The notes: a model not told the origin generated them from the sequence alone. A stretch of 64,000 bases of DNA from Escherichia coli (GCF_003018255.1 NZ_CP027440.1); one strand, 5' to 3'; numbered from the stretch's first letter, positions 22,471 through 34,255 are shown. Translations and numbers: made by a program.

Positions 22471-23139
22471 TTAGTTTTCCTCATTTGCGACCAGCATATA
22501 GCCAAAGCCGCGCACGGTGCGGATACGGGCTTTGCCCACTTTGTCGCGCAGATTGTGGATATGCACTTCCAGGGTGTTGGTCGAGGGTTCATTGTCCCAG
22601 TTATAGATGTCGTTGTAGAGAATTTCCCGATGCACCGGACTGCCTGCTTTGAGCATTAACCGTGACAGCAGAGCATATTCTTTGGGCGTCAGAATCAACT
22701 CTTCACCGCCCATCCATACCTGACGGCGACCCATATTCAGCGTCAGATTGCCAACAATCAGCTCACTTTCGCCCTGATTATTATGGCGTCGTAGCAGGGC
22801 GCGGATACGGGCGTGTAACTCTTCCAGCGCAAAAGGCTTCACCAGATAGTCATCGGCACCGACATCCAGCCCGGCGATTTTGTCGGTCAGCGTATCGCGA
22901 GCGGTGAGGATCAGTACCGGCAGGGTGTATTTTTTCTGCCGGATACGGGCGAGAAAATGCAGTCCATCTTCGTCGGGTAACCCTAAATCCAGTACCACCA
23001 GGCTGTAATGACCGGCCTCAAGGCTTTGTTCCGCCATCCGCGCGGTTGTCACGCCATCGCACGCGTAGCCTTCGGTTTGCGCCGCCAGAATTAATCCCTG
23101 CAATAACAGCGTATCGTCTTCAACAATCAGAATTTTCAT
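22471..23139 (-). CDS. basR: OmpR-family response regulator BasR/PmrA
   Basis: 222-aa ORF, receiver plus winged-helix domains. Confidence 0.9.
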   Translation of the reverse strand: MKILIVEDDTLLLQGLILAAQTEGYACDGVTTARMAEQSLEAGHYSLVVLDLGLPDEDGLHFLARIRQKKYTLPVLILTARDTLTDKIAGLDVGADDYLVKPFALEELHARIRALLRRHNNQGESELIVGNLTLNMGRRQVWMGGEELILTPKEYALLSRLMLKAGSPVHREILYNDIYNWDNEPSTNTLEVHIHNLRDKVGKARIRTVRGFGYMLVANEEN

Positions 23140-24779
23140 TCACTCACTCTCCTGCAAGTTTGCAGAATATCATCCGCAGCCTGGTAATACTTCGTCTCAA
23201 CGCCAGTTAATCCCAATAGCGTGGAGAATAAATTATCTTGTGAATAGTGTTGCGTTTGCGCCTGTTTTTGCAGGCAGTTCTGGTCAACCTGATACCGTTT
23301 TTGATAATCCTCCGACAGCCACAGCAGCATCGGCACCTGTTTTTGGCTATCCGGGGCGATGGCATAAGGCAGACCGTGCAGATAGATGCCATTTTCACCT
23401 AACGACTCACCGTGGTCAGAAAGATAAACCAGGCTGGTGGTAAATTTATCCTGATGTTCTTTCAGCAGATTAATCGCTTTATCAACAATATAGTCGACGT
23501 AAACCAGCGTGTTGTCGTAAGTGTTCACCAGTTGCTCTTTGGTACAGGTCTGGATCTCGTTAGTGTCACAGGTTGGGGTAAATTTCCTGAACTGCGGCGG
23601 ATAGCGGTTGTAATAGGTCGGACCGTGGCTGCCGATGGTGTGTAAGACAATCACGCCATCACCCTGCAGGTTATTGATGTACTCTTCCAGCCCGTGGAAC
23701 AGCACTTCGTCATAGCATTCGCCGTTGATGCACTGACCTGGCAGATTCAGCGCGGTGACGTTCTGGTGAGGTACGCGATCGCAAACGCCTTTACAGCCGC
23801 CATCGTTGTCATTCCACAGCACGTTGATGCCCGCTCGCTGAATGATATCCAGCACGCCTTCCTGGTGCTGTGCCAGCTCTTCTTTGTAGTGCTCACGCGG
23901 CATATCCGAGAACATGCATGGTACTGAAACTGCCGTTGCCGTGCCGCAAGAGGCGGTATTAGGGAAATAGACCACGTTATCTTTTGCCAGACGAGGATTG
24001 GTTTCGCGTGGATAACCATTCAGCGAGAAATTCTCTGCGCGCGACGTTTCTCCGACGATCAAAATGGTCAGGTTTTTACGTTTCCCATTTTGCATTAATG
24101 GGTTGCGGTGAGCATCTTCACCAATGCGTATCAGTGGCAGGTTGGCTGACCGCTGGTGAGAGTACCACGACCAGCTAGCAACAATGCTGTTGGACGGGCT
24201 TAAGGATTTCACCAGCTCTTTGTTGTTGCGAAACAGCGAGGCATAGTCTTTGTAGAACAGTGCGGCAACCAGCAGAATCAGCAGTACAGAAATCAGGATG
24301 TTGGCCCCGCGGAAAAGAACGCTGCGCAGGCGTGAGGTGGTGGGGGTGATTTTGATCCAGCAGGCAATAATCGCGGCTAACACGCCACTTAACCCCAGCG
24401 TTAATAACATTCGTGGCGTCATCAGGGCATAACTTTCCGCCGGCGTAGTATCAATGATATTGGTGATCATTGAACGGTCGATGACGATGCCATAGGTCAT
24501 GATGAAATATTGTGCAGCCGCACCGACCAGAATAAACAGGCAGGCGAGTGGACGATTAAGCCATAAGAAAGAGCCTAGTGTCAGGACAATATTAATCACG
24601 CTGAATGCGACGACCGGCATCGACAAGAAAACCAGCACGTTATGCAGTGAATCCAGCGGTAACACCTGTAGCACCTGTTTAAAAAAGGCGATATTCAGGC
24701 AGACTGAGATATAAAAAGTAGCAAGTAATAACCAGGAGAATAAATTTAAAGAGGGTCTTTTTAGTAGGCGCTTCAACAT
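23136..24779 (-). CDS. eptA: lipid A phosphoethanolamine transferase
   Basis: ORF track 23136..24824; start at [14 protein letters not shown] (547 aa); N-terminal TM domain plus sulfatase-like domain. Confidence 0.9.
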   Translation of the reverse strand: MLKRLLKRPSLNLFSWLLLATFYISVCLNIAFFKQVLQVLPLDSLHNVLVFLSMPVVAFSVINIVLTLGSFLWLNRPLACLFILVGAAAQYFIMTYGIVIDRSMITNIIDTTPAESYALMTPRMLLTLGLSGVLAAIIACWIKITPTTSRLRSVLFRGANILISVLLILLVAALFYKDYASLFRNNKELVKSLSPSNSIVASWSWYSHQRSANLPLIRIGEDAHRNPLMQNGKRKNLTILIVGETSRAENFSLNGYPRETNPRLAKDNVVYFPNTASCGTATAVSVPCMFSDMPREHYKEELAQHQEGVLDIIQRAGINVLWNDNDGGCKGVCDRVPHQNVTALNLPGQCINGECYDEVLFHGLEEYINNLQGDGVIVLHTIGSHGPTYYNRYPPQFRKFTPTCDTNEIQTCTKEQLVNTYDNTLVYVDYIVDKAINLLKEHQDKFTTSLVYLSDHGESLGENGIYLHGLPYAIAPDSQKQVPMLLWLSEDYQKRYQVDQNCLQKQAQTQHYSQDNLFSTLLGLTGVETKYYQAADDILQTCRRVSE

Positions 24780-24882
24780 CACGGTGTTTCCATCGAACAA
24801 AGTGCGCATATGCTCGCAAAGCAAAATTAAGCCAACCTTAAGTTCTTAAGGTTGGCTTTTATGTTTGCTTGATTAAGGGGAA

Positions 24883-26220
24883 TTAATCTTTGCTTATTGG
24901 TGCATCTAAGGGATACGGGTTTTTATGCAGCCGGTTGTAATTCAGCGCATACATGGCGGTGATTACCATCAGAGTGACAAATGACCACATAACCTCTTTC
25001 GCGCCGGACCCTACCACGGCCCAGATGCAGTAGAGGAAGGCAATGGTAGTCACTGCCAGGTATGCCGGGCGTGCTTTACCAAAGTGACCGTGGCCGAGCA
25101 GTAGTAACGCCGCACAGGTGTAAAGATATGGCACCAGTGTAAAGATGACCGACACGGAAGAAACCAGACCGAATTCTTTGGTCGCGTTTGGCGAAATGCT
25201 ACTGAGCTGGAAGATGGTCATCAAAATACCGACGATAATCAGCCCCGCCACTGGCGTGCCCGCTTTATTAACACGGGCAAAAATCGGTGGGAACAGTCCG
25301 TCATCGGCAGCGGCTTTCGCCGTTTGACCCGCCAGCAACGTCCAGCCGCCCAGTGAACCTAAGCAACCCGCAGCTGCGCAGAAGGAAACAATGGCCCCGG
25401 CGGTGTCACCCAACGCCATCCGTGCGGCATCACCGAATGGCGAAGCAGAAACGCGCAGTGCGGCATTAGGGATCATCCCCATAATCGCGGTGGTAGAAAG
25501 TACATAGCAAACGGCAGCAATCAATACCCCGCCAATGGTGGCGATAGGGACGTTGCGTTTCGGGTTTTTCACCACACCTGCGGCAACGGAGGCACTTTCC
25601 ACACCGATGAACGACCACAGCGTAACGTTAAGGGTACTTTGAATCGCACCGAAGGTGCCCAGACCGCTGACGTTCCATGCCGCCATATAGGTTTCACCAC
25701 GGAACCAGAACCAGCCAAATACGGCAATCCCGACGATGGGGATCAGCGCCAGCACGGTAGCAACGGCCTGTACGCGGGTGATCATTTTCGGACCGACAAT
25801 GTTCAGCAGGACGAAGATCCACAGCACCACGACGCAGGTGATGGTTAATACCAATGGGTCTTTCAGAATCGGGAAGAAGTAACTTAAATATCCTACGCCA
25901 ATGACCACCATGGCGATATTGCCGATCCAGCAGGCCAGCCAGTAGAGGACGTTGGTTTGATAACCGAGAAACGGGCCAAAGCAGCGGCGGGCGTAAGCGT
26001 AAGAACCACCAGGACTTGGGTCGAGGAACGACATTTTGGCGTATACCATCGAGAGCCCCAGCGCACCGATAATCGTCACCAACCATCCATAAATGGCAAT
26101 CCCGCCAGTGGAGGCCAGGTTTGCAGGTAACAGAAAAACACCTGACCCCATAATATTCCCCGACACCATCAGGGTGACGGGGATTAAGCCCACTTTGTGA
26201 GCATCAGCATCCGAAGACAT
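24883..26220 (-). CDS. adiC: arginine:agmatine antiporter (APC family)
   Basis: 445-aa polytopic ORF; adi locus synteny. Confidence 0.9.
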
Positions 26221-26356
26221 AATTAAACTCCTGCGAAGGCGAGCTTCGTGACAATAAATTACGTCGTATCATACGCCTGCATTCGATAGTTGAATTATTA
26301 TCGGCCGGGTTATCGCTGATGCCGTTATTAATATAGCTCTTCGTTAAGGTTAAAAA

Positions 26357-27118
26357 TCAGGCGACAGTGCGTTCTCTGTGCTGACTAACATAATGCAGCG
26401 GCGTCATACCGTAGAAGTCTTTAAAGACAGAAATAAAGTACGACGTACTGTTGTAGCCGCAGGACTGTGATACCTGAGAGATATTTTTACCGTCCATCAT
26501 TAATTCATTTACGGCATAGCGCATGCGGCAGGTGGTGATTATTTGGCTATAACTGGTGTTTTCGCTTTTCAGCTTTTTCTTTAACAGACTTGGGCTAAGA
26601 CATAAACAACTGGCTACCATACTAAGATTCCAGTCTTTGTGGATATCGCTTTCAATAATTTGATAAACGCTGTCACTTACACAATTACGTAACATATACA
26701 TCATTAGTGAAAGGAATTTTTTACTGTCGAGAAAACGGGATAGCACAGTGAATAATAATGCACGTGTTCGTTCCTTTTCTGACTCAGTTTCAGCGGGCAT
26801 CATGCTATGTTGCGCGGCAACGCGAAAGACGTCTGGCGTCAGGCATGGAAGGGTGAGGATGGGCGTAGCGCTACGTTGCCATACTGGTATTTGCGAGAGA
26901 TCTTTATTCAGAAACCGGAGGTAATCTTTGATGATGTCGTGACTAATATGAGCAACCAAAGTGTTATTAAGAGAGGAGACGTCGATAATATTATTTTCAC
27001 AATTTAATAACGCCATATGGTTAGCTTTAAGGCTAATAGGTTCTTTCCCATTCACCCTTATCCAGACATCTTTTTCAGTCAATAAAACAATACAAGGTTG
27101 GTCGCTGCAAATCCTCAT
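26357..27118 (-). CDS. adiY: AraC-family regulator AdiY
   Basis: 253-aa ORF with C-terminal AraC HTH. Confidence 0.85.
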   Translation of the reverse strand: MRICSDQPCIVLLTEKDVWIRVNGKEPISLKANHMALLNCENNIIDVSSLNNTLVAHISHDIIKDYLRFLNKDLSQIPVWQRSATPILTLPCLTPDVFRVAAQHSMMPAETESEKERTRALLFTVLSRFLDSKKFLSLMMYMLRNCVSDSVYQIIESDIHKDWNLSMVASCLCLSPSLLKKKLKSENTSYSQIITTCRMRYAVNELMMDGKNISQVSQSCGYNSTSYFISVFKDFYGMTPLHYVSQHRERTVA

Positions 27119-27454
27119 ACATGTACTCCTGAGTGCGAATAAAAGACCAGTTCTCGCTAAAGCGAAGCGATACCGGGAAATGGTTATATAATTGTATGAT
27201 GAATATAAACATGCATAAAAATAACGAGTTTTACTAATATTACAAATTTTTATAGTAATTTCTCATGTACATATTTTTTTACAGGCTAAAAAAAGGATAA
27301 ATAACAGGCAAAAAAAAAGCGCGGGGTGGGACCGCGCAAAAAGTATGACATTTTTTGTTTGCAGCAATTTTTATGAAAACGTTGCCATACTTAAAAGGCC
27401 TCAAGCCAGGCGGCGTAATGTTATTTAACAATTACGCCTTCAGCGGAATAGTGG

Positions 27455-29725
27455 TTACGCTTTCACACACATAACGTGGTAAATACCGTCAATAATTTCT
27501 GTCCCTTCTGTTTCGTGTTCAAATCCAGGGAAATGATGGTCCCAGGATTGCAGCGAGCGTAAATAACTTACTTGCGGACTGTTTTTATCGCCGAAGTTTT
27601 CACCAGACAGCAGCATCGGGATTCCTGGCGGATACGGGATAACTGAGTTTGCCGCGATACGTCCTGGCAGATTTTCAATGGATACCAGTTCGACATTGTT
27701 GTCGACAATCGCGTTGTACGCTTCACGCGGGGTGATTTCCGCCACCGGCAGGCCGGAATAGGCTTCGTTCAACCGTGCGCCAGGGTTGTTTTCTTTCAGC
27801 CAGGCAAACATGGTGTCACCCAGATCGTGAATCCCCATGTTCGCGTAAGTGTCAGGATATTGTTCAACAAGTTCCGGCATCACCTGCGCCAGCGGTGTGT
27901 TGGCGTCATAGTGGCGTTTGAAGGAGCAAAGGGTGTTAACCAGAGTCCCCCATTTCCCACGGGTTACGCCCATAGAGAACAGGAACATAATTTGGAAGTC
28001 AGTGGTGCGGGTAGGCACAATGCCGTGGCGACCAAGCCAGGCAGTGACCAGCGCCGCCGGAACACCGGTTTCTTCCAGTTCACCATCTTCACCCATTCCC
28101 GGAGCAAGGATGCTGACTTTAATCGGGTCGAGCATACTCCAGTTATCCGGAATATCTTTGAAGCCGTGCCAGCTTTCGCCCGGATGCATTACCCAGCAGT
28201 CCTGAACGGTGGTCAGCAGTTTGGTTGGTGCGTCAGCAAAGTCATAGGTTTTGCCGGTTTGTGGGTCGGTGACGACTTCTTTGTTCCACGGTTTGAAGAA
28301 CCAGCTACCGTCAGCGGTGAACTCTTTATACAGCCGCGCCATCGCCTGACGAAAATCAACCGCTTCGTCGATCACTTCCTGCGTCAGTGACAGGCCGCTG
28401 TTGCCGTCCATCATCGACACCGCCACGTCGTTGGATGCGCAGATGGCATACAGCGGGGAGGTGGTGGCATGCATCATGTAGGCCTGGTTGAAGCGGGAGA
28501 AGTTAATCGCCCCACGACCTTCACGTACATGAATATAAGAGGCCTGTGACAGTGCATTCAGCAGTTTGTGGGTGGAGTGGGTGGCGAAAACGGTAGGACC
28601 GTTGTGATCGCCAGGTTCGCCGCGCATGGCATAGTGATCGGCATAGATCGGGTTGAAACGTGCATAGCCGTACCAGGCTTCGTCAAAGTGCAGACGATCG
28701 GAGGTTTTTTCCAGCAGATCCTGCGCTTCTTTAGCGTTATAACACACGCCGTCATAAGTACAGTTGGTCACCACGCAGTAAGACGGTTTTTGCCCGGCTT
28801 TGTCTTTAGTCAGCGGGCTTTCACTGATTTTCTTCTGCAAGGTTTCAGGTTGCATTTCCTGCGGATAGATTGGCCCGATAATGCCGTAGCGGTTGCGGCT
28901 TGGCACCATGTAGACCGGTTTCGCGCCTGTCAGCATCAAGCCTTGTTCGATGGATTTATGGCAGTTACGGTCAACGACCACGACATCGTTATCGGTCATG
29001 CAAGCCTGCATGATAGTGCGGTTAGAGCCGGAAGTACCGACGACTACCGACCAGGAGCGATCGGCACCAAATACGCGTGCGGCATATTTTTCGCTTTCGC
29101 CAAATGCGCCAGTATGGTCAAGCAAAGAACCGAGGGAAGTGCGTTCGATGCCCATGTCGGTGCGGAACAGATTTTCACCATAGTAGTCATGGTAGAAACG
29201 TCCGGCGGGTGTTTTGGTAAAACCAACGCCACCCTGGTGGCCTGGCGCTGCCTAGGAATATTCATGGATGTCGCTATATTTCATCAGCGCGCTGAACAGT
29301 GGCGGCAACAGTTGCTGGCGGTAGCGGGTCATCGCGGCAACGGCGCGTCCGGCGATAAAGTCGGCGGTATCTTCCAGAATCCAGGCGAATTCATCGACAA
29401 GCTCCAGCAGATCCCGGTCCATTGCGGCGAGGGCTTTTTCCCGATCGCCCAACAGGAAGACCGGCACGTTTTGTTGGCGCTCATGAAGCTTACCGATCAA
29501 TTGTCTGACGTTTTGATGTTCGTCCGGATGTTCCATTTGATAGCTGAACATCAGGCAGTCAATGGCTTCGTTTGAAGAGAGAATGGCAAAACCATCATCA
29601 AAGGAGGTGGATTTAATCACGGTAACATTTTGCTGGCTTAAAGCATCTGCCAGACGCTCAACGGCGTTACCGACCCAGGTGTCTTGATGGAGAAACTCGC
29701 TTTCAACAATTAATACTTTCATCAT
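27455..29725 (-). pseudogene. adiA: biodegradative arginine decarboxylase interrupted by one in-frame amber codon (plus-strand cta at 29252-29254)
   Basis: ORF track splits the gene into 29252..29725 (N-terminal 157 aa) and 27455..29155; both lie in the same frame with only TAG between ...SDIHEYS and AAPGHQGG... Confidence 0.7.
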
Positions 29726-29920
29726 TGCTTACCCGGTTATGAAGGAATCTTCGTTGCGGGCAAGTATCTTCCGGCCTTTTCGGGCTGTAAAGCGCGTGAA
29801 AAACAAACATTTTTGAAATATTTGTTTTTATAAACAATATGTTATGTGATTATTTTAAATTATTTCCACTGCTTATTATCGACGGCTAAACTATTTTTTT
29901 GGCTGATACTGATATCGTCT

Positions 29921-30829
29921 TTAGCCGGGAAACGTCTGGCGGCGCTGTTGGCTAAGTTTGCGGTATTGTTGCGGTGACATGCCGACATATTTGCCGAACG
30001 TGCTGTAAAAACGGCTACTCGAACGAAAGCCTGCCGTCAGGGCAATATCGAGAATACTTTTATCGGTATCGCTCAGTAACGCGCGAACGTGGTTGATGCG
30101 CATCGCGGTAATGTACTGTTTCATCGTCAATTGCATGACCCGCTGGAATATCCCCATTGCATAGTTGGCGTTAAGTTTGACGTGCTCAGCCACATCGTTG
30201 ATGGTCAGTGCCTGATCATAGTTTTCGGCAATAAAGCCCAGCATCTGGCTGACATAAAATTGCGCATGGCGCGAGACGCTGTTTTTGTGTGTGCGCGAGG
30301 TTTTATTGACCAGAATCGGTTCCCAGCCAGAGAGGCTAAATCGCTTGAGCATCAGGCCAATTTCATCAATGGCGAGCTGGCGAATTTGCTCGTTCGGACT
30401 GTTCAATTCCTGCTGCCAGCGGCGCACTTCAAACGGGCTAAGTTGCTGTGTCGCCAGTGATTTGATCACCATGCCGTGAGTAACGTGGTTAATCAGGTCT
30501 TTATCCAGCGGCCAGGAGAGAAACAGATGCATCGGCAGATTAAAAATCGCCATGCTCTGACAGGTTCCGGTATCTGTTAGTTGGTGCGGTGTACAGGCCC
30601 AGAACAGCGTGATATGACCCTGATTGATATTCACTTTTTCATTGTTGATCAGGTATTCCACATCGCCATCGAAAGGCACATTCACTTCGACCTGACCATG
30701 CCAGTGGCTGGTGGGCATGATATGCGGTGCGCGAAACTCAATCTCCATCCGCTGGTATTCCGAATACAGCGACAGCGGGCTGCGGGTCTGTTTTTCGTCG
30801 CTGCTGCACATAAACGTATCTGTATTCAT
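29921..30829 (-). CDS. melR: AraC-family melibiose operon regulator
   Basis: 302-aa ORF, C-terminal AraC HTH; divergent from melA. Confidence 0.9.
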   Translation of the reverse strand: MNTDTFMCSSDEKQTRSPLSLYSEYQRMEIEFRAPHIMPTSHWHGQVEVNVPFDGDVEYLINNEKVNINQGHITLFWACTPHQLTDTGTCQSMAIFNLPMHLFLSWPLDKDLINHVTHGMVIKSLATQQLSPFEVRRWQQELNSPNEQIRQLAIDEIGLMLKRFSLSGWEPILVNKTSRTHKNSVSRHAQFYVSQMLGFIAENYDQALTINDVAEHVKLNANYAMGIFQRVMQLTMKQYITAMRINHVRALLSDTDKSILDIALTAGFRSSSRFYSTFGKYVGMSPQQYRKLSQQRRQTFPG

Positions 30830-31111
30830 GGATGGCTCTCTTTCCTGGAATATCAGAATTATGGCAGGAGTGAGGGAGGATGACTGCGAGTGGGAGCACG
30901 GTTTTCACCCTCTTCCCACAGCGGCGAGGGGAGCGTCCGAGCATCATGAGGCCGAAAACTCTGCTTTTCAGGTAACTTATTCCCATAAACTCAGATTTAC
31001 TGCTGCTTCACGCAGGATCTGAGTTTATGGGAATGCTCAACCTGGAAGACGGAGGTTTTCTGCAGATTCGCCTGCCATGATGAAGTTATTCAAGCAAGCC
31101 AGGAGATCTGC

Positions 31112-32164
31112 ATGATGTCTGCACCCAAAATTACATTTATCGGCGCTGGTTCGACGATTTTCGTTAAAAATATTCTTGGTGATGTGTTCCATCGCGAGGC
31201 GCTGAAAACGGCGCATATTGCCCTGATGGACATTGATCCCACCCGCCTGGAAGAGTCGCATATTGTGGTGCGCAAGCTGATGGATTCAGCAGGGGCCAGC
31301 GGCAAAATCACCTGCCACACCCAACAGAAAGAAGCCTTACAGGATGCCGATTTTGTCGTGGTGGCATTTCAGATTGGCGGTTATGAACCTTGCACGGTGA
31401 CTGATTTCGAGGTCTGTAAGCGGCATGGTCTGGAACAAACCATTGCCGATACGTTGGGGCCGGGCGGTATTATGCGCGCGCTACGTACCATTCCGCATCT
31501 GTGGCAAATTTGCGAGGACATGACGGAAGTCTGCCCCGATGCCACCATGCTCAACTACGTTAACCCAATGGCGATGAATACCTGGGCGATGTATGCCCGC
31601 TATCCGCATATCAAACAGGTAGGGCTGTGCCATTCGGTGCAGGGAACGGCGGAAGAGCTGGCGCGTGACCTCAATATCGACCCGGCTACGCTGCGTTACC
31701 GTTGCGCAGGTATCAACCATATGGCGTTTTACCTGGAACTGGAGCGCAAAACCGCCGACGGCAGTTACGTGAATCTCTACCCGGAACTGCTGGCGGTTTA
31801 TGAAGCAGGGCAGGCACCGAAGCCGAATATTCATGGCAATACTCGCTGCCAGAATATTGTGCGCTACGAAATGTTCAAAAAGCTGGGCTACTTCGTCACG
31901 GAATCGTCAGAACATTTTGCTGAGTACACGCCGTGGTTTATTAAGCCAGGTCGTGAGGATTTGATTGAGCGTTATAAAGTACCGCTGGATGAGTACCCGA
32001 AACGCTGCGTCGAGCAGCTGGCGAACTGGCATAAAGAGCTGGAGGAGTATAAGAACGCCTCCCGGATTGATATTAAACCGTCACGGGAATATGCCAGCAC
32101 AATCATGAACGCTATCTGGACTGGCGAGCCGAGTGTGATTTACGGCAACGTCCGTAACGTATAG
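31112..32164 (+). pseudogene. melA: alpha-galactosidase, 5' fragment (about 349 codons) truncated by prophage insertion
   Basis: GH4 N-terminus MMSAPKITFIGAGS; the frame ends ...IYGNVRNV* exactly where prophage-end sequence begins; full-length MelA is recalled as about 451 aa. Confidence 0.8.
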
Positions 32165-32260
32165 CGCGGCGATTTTTTTGATACCGATTTGCATTTCATT
32201 TGATACCGCTGAAAAACGCCGATACGCAACTTATTTGATACTAAATCGGCGCTTTTCTTT
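32165..32260. repeat. prophage right-end terminal region with three direct TTTGATAC(C/T) repeats; candidate transposase-binding sites
   Basis: Repeats at 32177, 32199 and 32234 plus a GAAAAACGC motif, immediately inside the melA junction. Confidence 0.45.
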
Positions 32261-32287
32261 TGAGTTTTAGAATGAGTTTTTAAGCGC

Positions 32288-33025
32288 TCATTCACTCTCT
32301 TTCAAACCAGTTTTAACTGTTTGTGGTTTTGGGTAAGGCTGGACTTTGAATAGCTTTGTGTTGAGGCGTTTTCTGGCCCTCTTGTTCAGAAACCGGATGT
32401 AACGAAACTGTCGGAACTTATGCACACTGGCTCTGTCGATATTAGCCCTCAGATGTTCACCTCGTTGTCCGCCTCGTTTAATGGCACTCCTGCAAATCTC
32501 GTGATACCACTCGCCATCAAGTTCATAGAATGTTGATTCATGGCTGCCTACATAATCAAAATTGCTTGCCTGATACACGACACCAAGACAGCCACAACGC
32601 TCATCTGCAAACGACTGAACCCACTGTACCTGCGGATAAAGCTGCCTGATTAGCTTGAGCGCGTAACTGATTGCCCTTGATTCGGAGTTTCTCGGCATAC
32701 AGTCATGCATCCATAGCCGGTTAAGCTCCATATATTCTCGGTTCTGCGTACCCGTTACGACGCGTGCACCACTGTTTGGGTTAAGGGCGTAACCCCATTG
32801 CATTACGCCAACAAGTTCCCGTTCTGAAAATATACCCAGATGAAGGTAGGAATTATTTACGAAACGGTGGCTGTAATGTTTATTGACGATAACCAGTCTG
32901 GCCAGCCAGCAACTTATTGTCTCAACCCGCAACTCACGGGAGCCATAACCAACGATATTGTCGTTATAGCGAATAAGTTCAGGCGTGCTGATGATACGGG
33001 ATGTGACTTGCTTTCTGTTCCCCAC
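32288..33025 (-). CDS. mom: Mom-like DNA modification (adenine carbamoylmethylation) protein
   Basis: 245-aa ORF overlapping the 3' end of a com-like gene, last gene before the prophage end as in Mu; true start probably internal. Confidence 0.6.
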   Translation of the reverse strand: MGNRKQVTSRIISTPELIRYNDNIVGYGSRELRVETISCWLARLVIVNKHYSHRFVNNSYLHLGIFSERELVGVMQWGYALNPNSGARVVTGTQNREYMELNRLWMHDCMPRNSESRAISYALKLIRQLYPQVQWVQSFADERCGCLGVVYQASNFDYVGSHESTFYELDGEWYHEICRSAIKRGGQRGEHLRANIDRASVHKFRQFRYIRFLNKRARKRLNTKLFKVQPYPKPQTVKTGLKESE

Positions 33026-33179
33026 GACAGGATTTCCTTGTGTATGTGGGGTGCTCTGTGGCGCTCGGAGATGTGATTTGATTGAGGGTTTTACAGCGCG
33101 GACATTTTACTTCCAGATAACTGAAACTGGCCCGTGCCAGTAGCTTATTGCAGTGTCGGCACCGTATGTTTCGATACAT
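32979..33179 (-). CDS. com: Com-like zinc-finger translational activator of mom
   Basis: [14 protein letters not shown]...EVKCPRCKT... aligns with Mu Com (IRCKNCNKLL...IRCPRCK) from memory; overlaps the mom start. Confidence 0.7.
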   Translation of the reverse strand: MYRNIRCRHCNKLLARASFSYLEVKCPRCKTLNQITSPSATEHPTYTRKSCRGEQKASHIPYHQHA

Positions 33180-33585
33180 GGCCGCATAACCTCCTGCTTT
33201 GTTGTTGATGCCTTTCTCATGCAATCGATCGACAAAAACGATCGATTCGATTTGTTTAATTGATACAACAAATAGATTTAAAAGTCATCAACAATGATTC
33301 AGGGCGGTGATTATTTACTTAAAGAAACGAAGAGTTAGGTGGTGAAAACGATCATAAAATGATCATTTTATTGACTTTTTATACAGTGAAGGTAGGATCG
33401 CGCGTATATGTAGTATGTTTCAAATCAACAGGATACTACATAAAAGGGAAACCCAGCATAGCTGGAACTATGCTGGGTCAATCTGTAAAAACTTGCATCA
33501 ATGCTTTACTTCGAGCTCGTGGCGTATCCTATGATATTCCCCGGTCTCCTGTAAAGCAGAGATGCATAAAAAGGAGATCTTTATC
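33180..33585. promoter_or_regulatory. AT-rich divergent control region upstream of com-mom with five GATC sites (33227, 33240, 33350, 33361, 33396)
   Basis: GATC density well above the roughly 1 per 256 bp expected by chance; position matches the methylation-sensitive region upstream of mom in Mu. Confidence 0.45.
33452..33477 (-). terminator. 10-bp-stem hairpin followed on the minus strand by a T-rich run
   Basis: cccagcatag ctggaa ctatgctggg; minus-strand downstream sequence tttcccttttta. Confidence 0.45.
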
Positions 33586-33756
33586 ATGGATAAAGAGCCT
33601 GTTTGCCCTGCCTGTAAGACTCCCTTACAGCTCATCTATCGCCGTTCTCGATCTCAAAATGGCAAGACATACAAACCAAAAAATGCTTCCTGTTTCAGGA
33701 TGCTGATATGTCCTGCCTGTTCTCCCCGGAGGGAAAATACACAAAACGTGCATTAA
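33586..33756 (+). CDS. small zinc-ribbon protein (CPAC...CPAC), the only plus-strand gene in the prophage part
   Basis: ATG 33586 preceded by AAGGAG at 33571-33576; MDKEPVCPACKTPL...MLICPACSP; ORF track 33562..33756. Confidence 0.45.
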   Translation: MDKEPVCPACKTPLQLIYRRSRSQNGKTYKPKNASCFRMLICPACSPRRENTQNVH

Positions 33757-33794
33757 CAAATTCACCCGGCAGGGAAACCTGCCGGTCGGTATTG

Positions 33795-34040
33795 TTACAT
33801 CATAGTACCGTCAGTTCCGGGTTGAACCGGCTCTGGTTGCTCTACGGGTTGAGGCTCATTTTCCGTGCTGTTTTCAGCCGGAGAACGACCAACCATTCGG
33901 GCCAGCACTTCATCAACATATGCGTCGATTTGTGCCTCAAAATCCTTGCGAACCTGCGCCTTCAGCACGCGGTTCACTTCTTCAGAATAAAGTGCCTGTT
34001 TGACAAGCTCTTCAGTAACCGTGCCTTTAATCTCTGGCAT
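33795..34040 (-). CDS. hypothetical acidic 81-aa protein
   Basis: ORF with AGGAG RBS upstream of ATG; no recognisable motif. Confidence 0.45.
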   Translation of the reverse strand: MPEIKGTVTEELVKQALYSEEVNRVLKAQVRKDFEAQIDAYVDEVLARMVGRSPAENSTENEPQPVEQPEPVQPGTDGTMM

Positions 34041-34075
34041 GAATATTCTCCTTTCCTTTTCTGGTTCACAAAAAA

Positions 34076-34255
34076 TTAAATCTGACCGGAGTCTTTCGGC
34101 TGCGGCATTACAGCACCGCTTTTTATCTTTTCCTCGGCAGCTGCATCAATTTTATTTCGAAAATAATTGCGAATAATTTTATAACCACCGCTGACAAGCA
34201 ACAGACAACAAACCACCGTGCAGAAATACAGCAGGCAGACGTTTATATATGTCAT
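34076..34255 (-). CDS. hypothetical 59-aa single-pass membrane protein
   Basis: MTYINVCLLYFCTVVCCLLLVSGGYKIIRNYF... read from the minus strand, GAGG RBS; below the ORF-track length cutoff. Confidence 0.4.
   Translation of the reverse strand: MTYINVCLLYFCTVVCCLLLVSGGYKIIRNYFRNKIDAAAEEKIKSGAVMPQPKDSGQI

Noticed and set aside
28568-29575. 335-aa plus-strand ORF
   Set aside because: Antisense to adiA, whose identity is secure.
33359-33706. 115-aa plus-strand ORF overlapping the zinc-ribbon gene
   Set aside because: No RBS, starts in AT-rich promoter sequence and overlaps a better-supported ORF in another frame.
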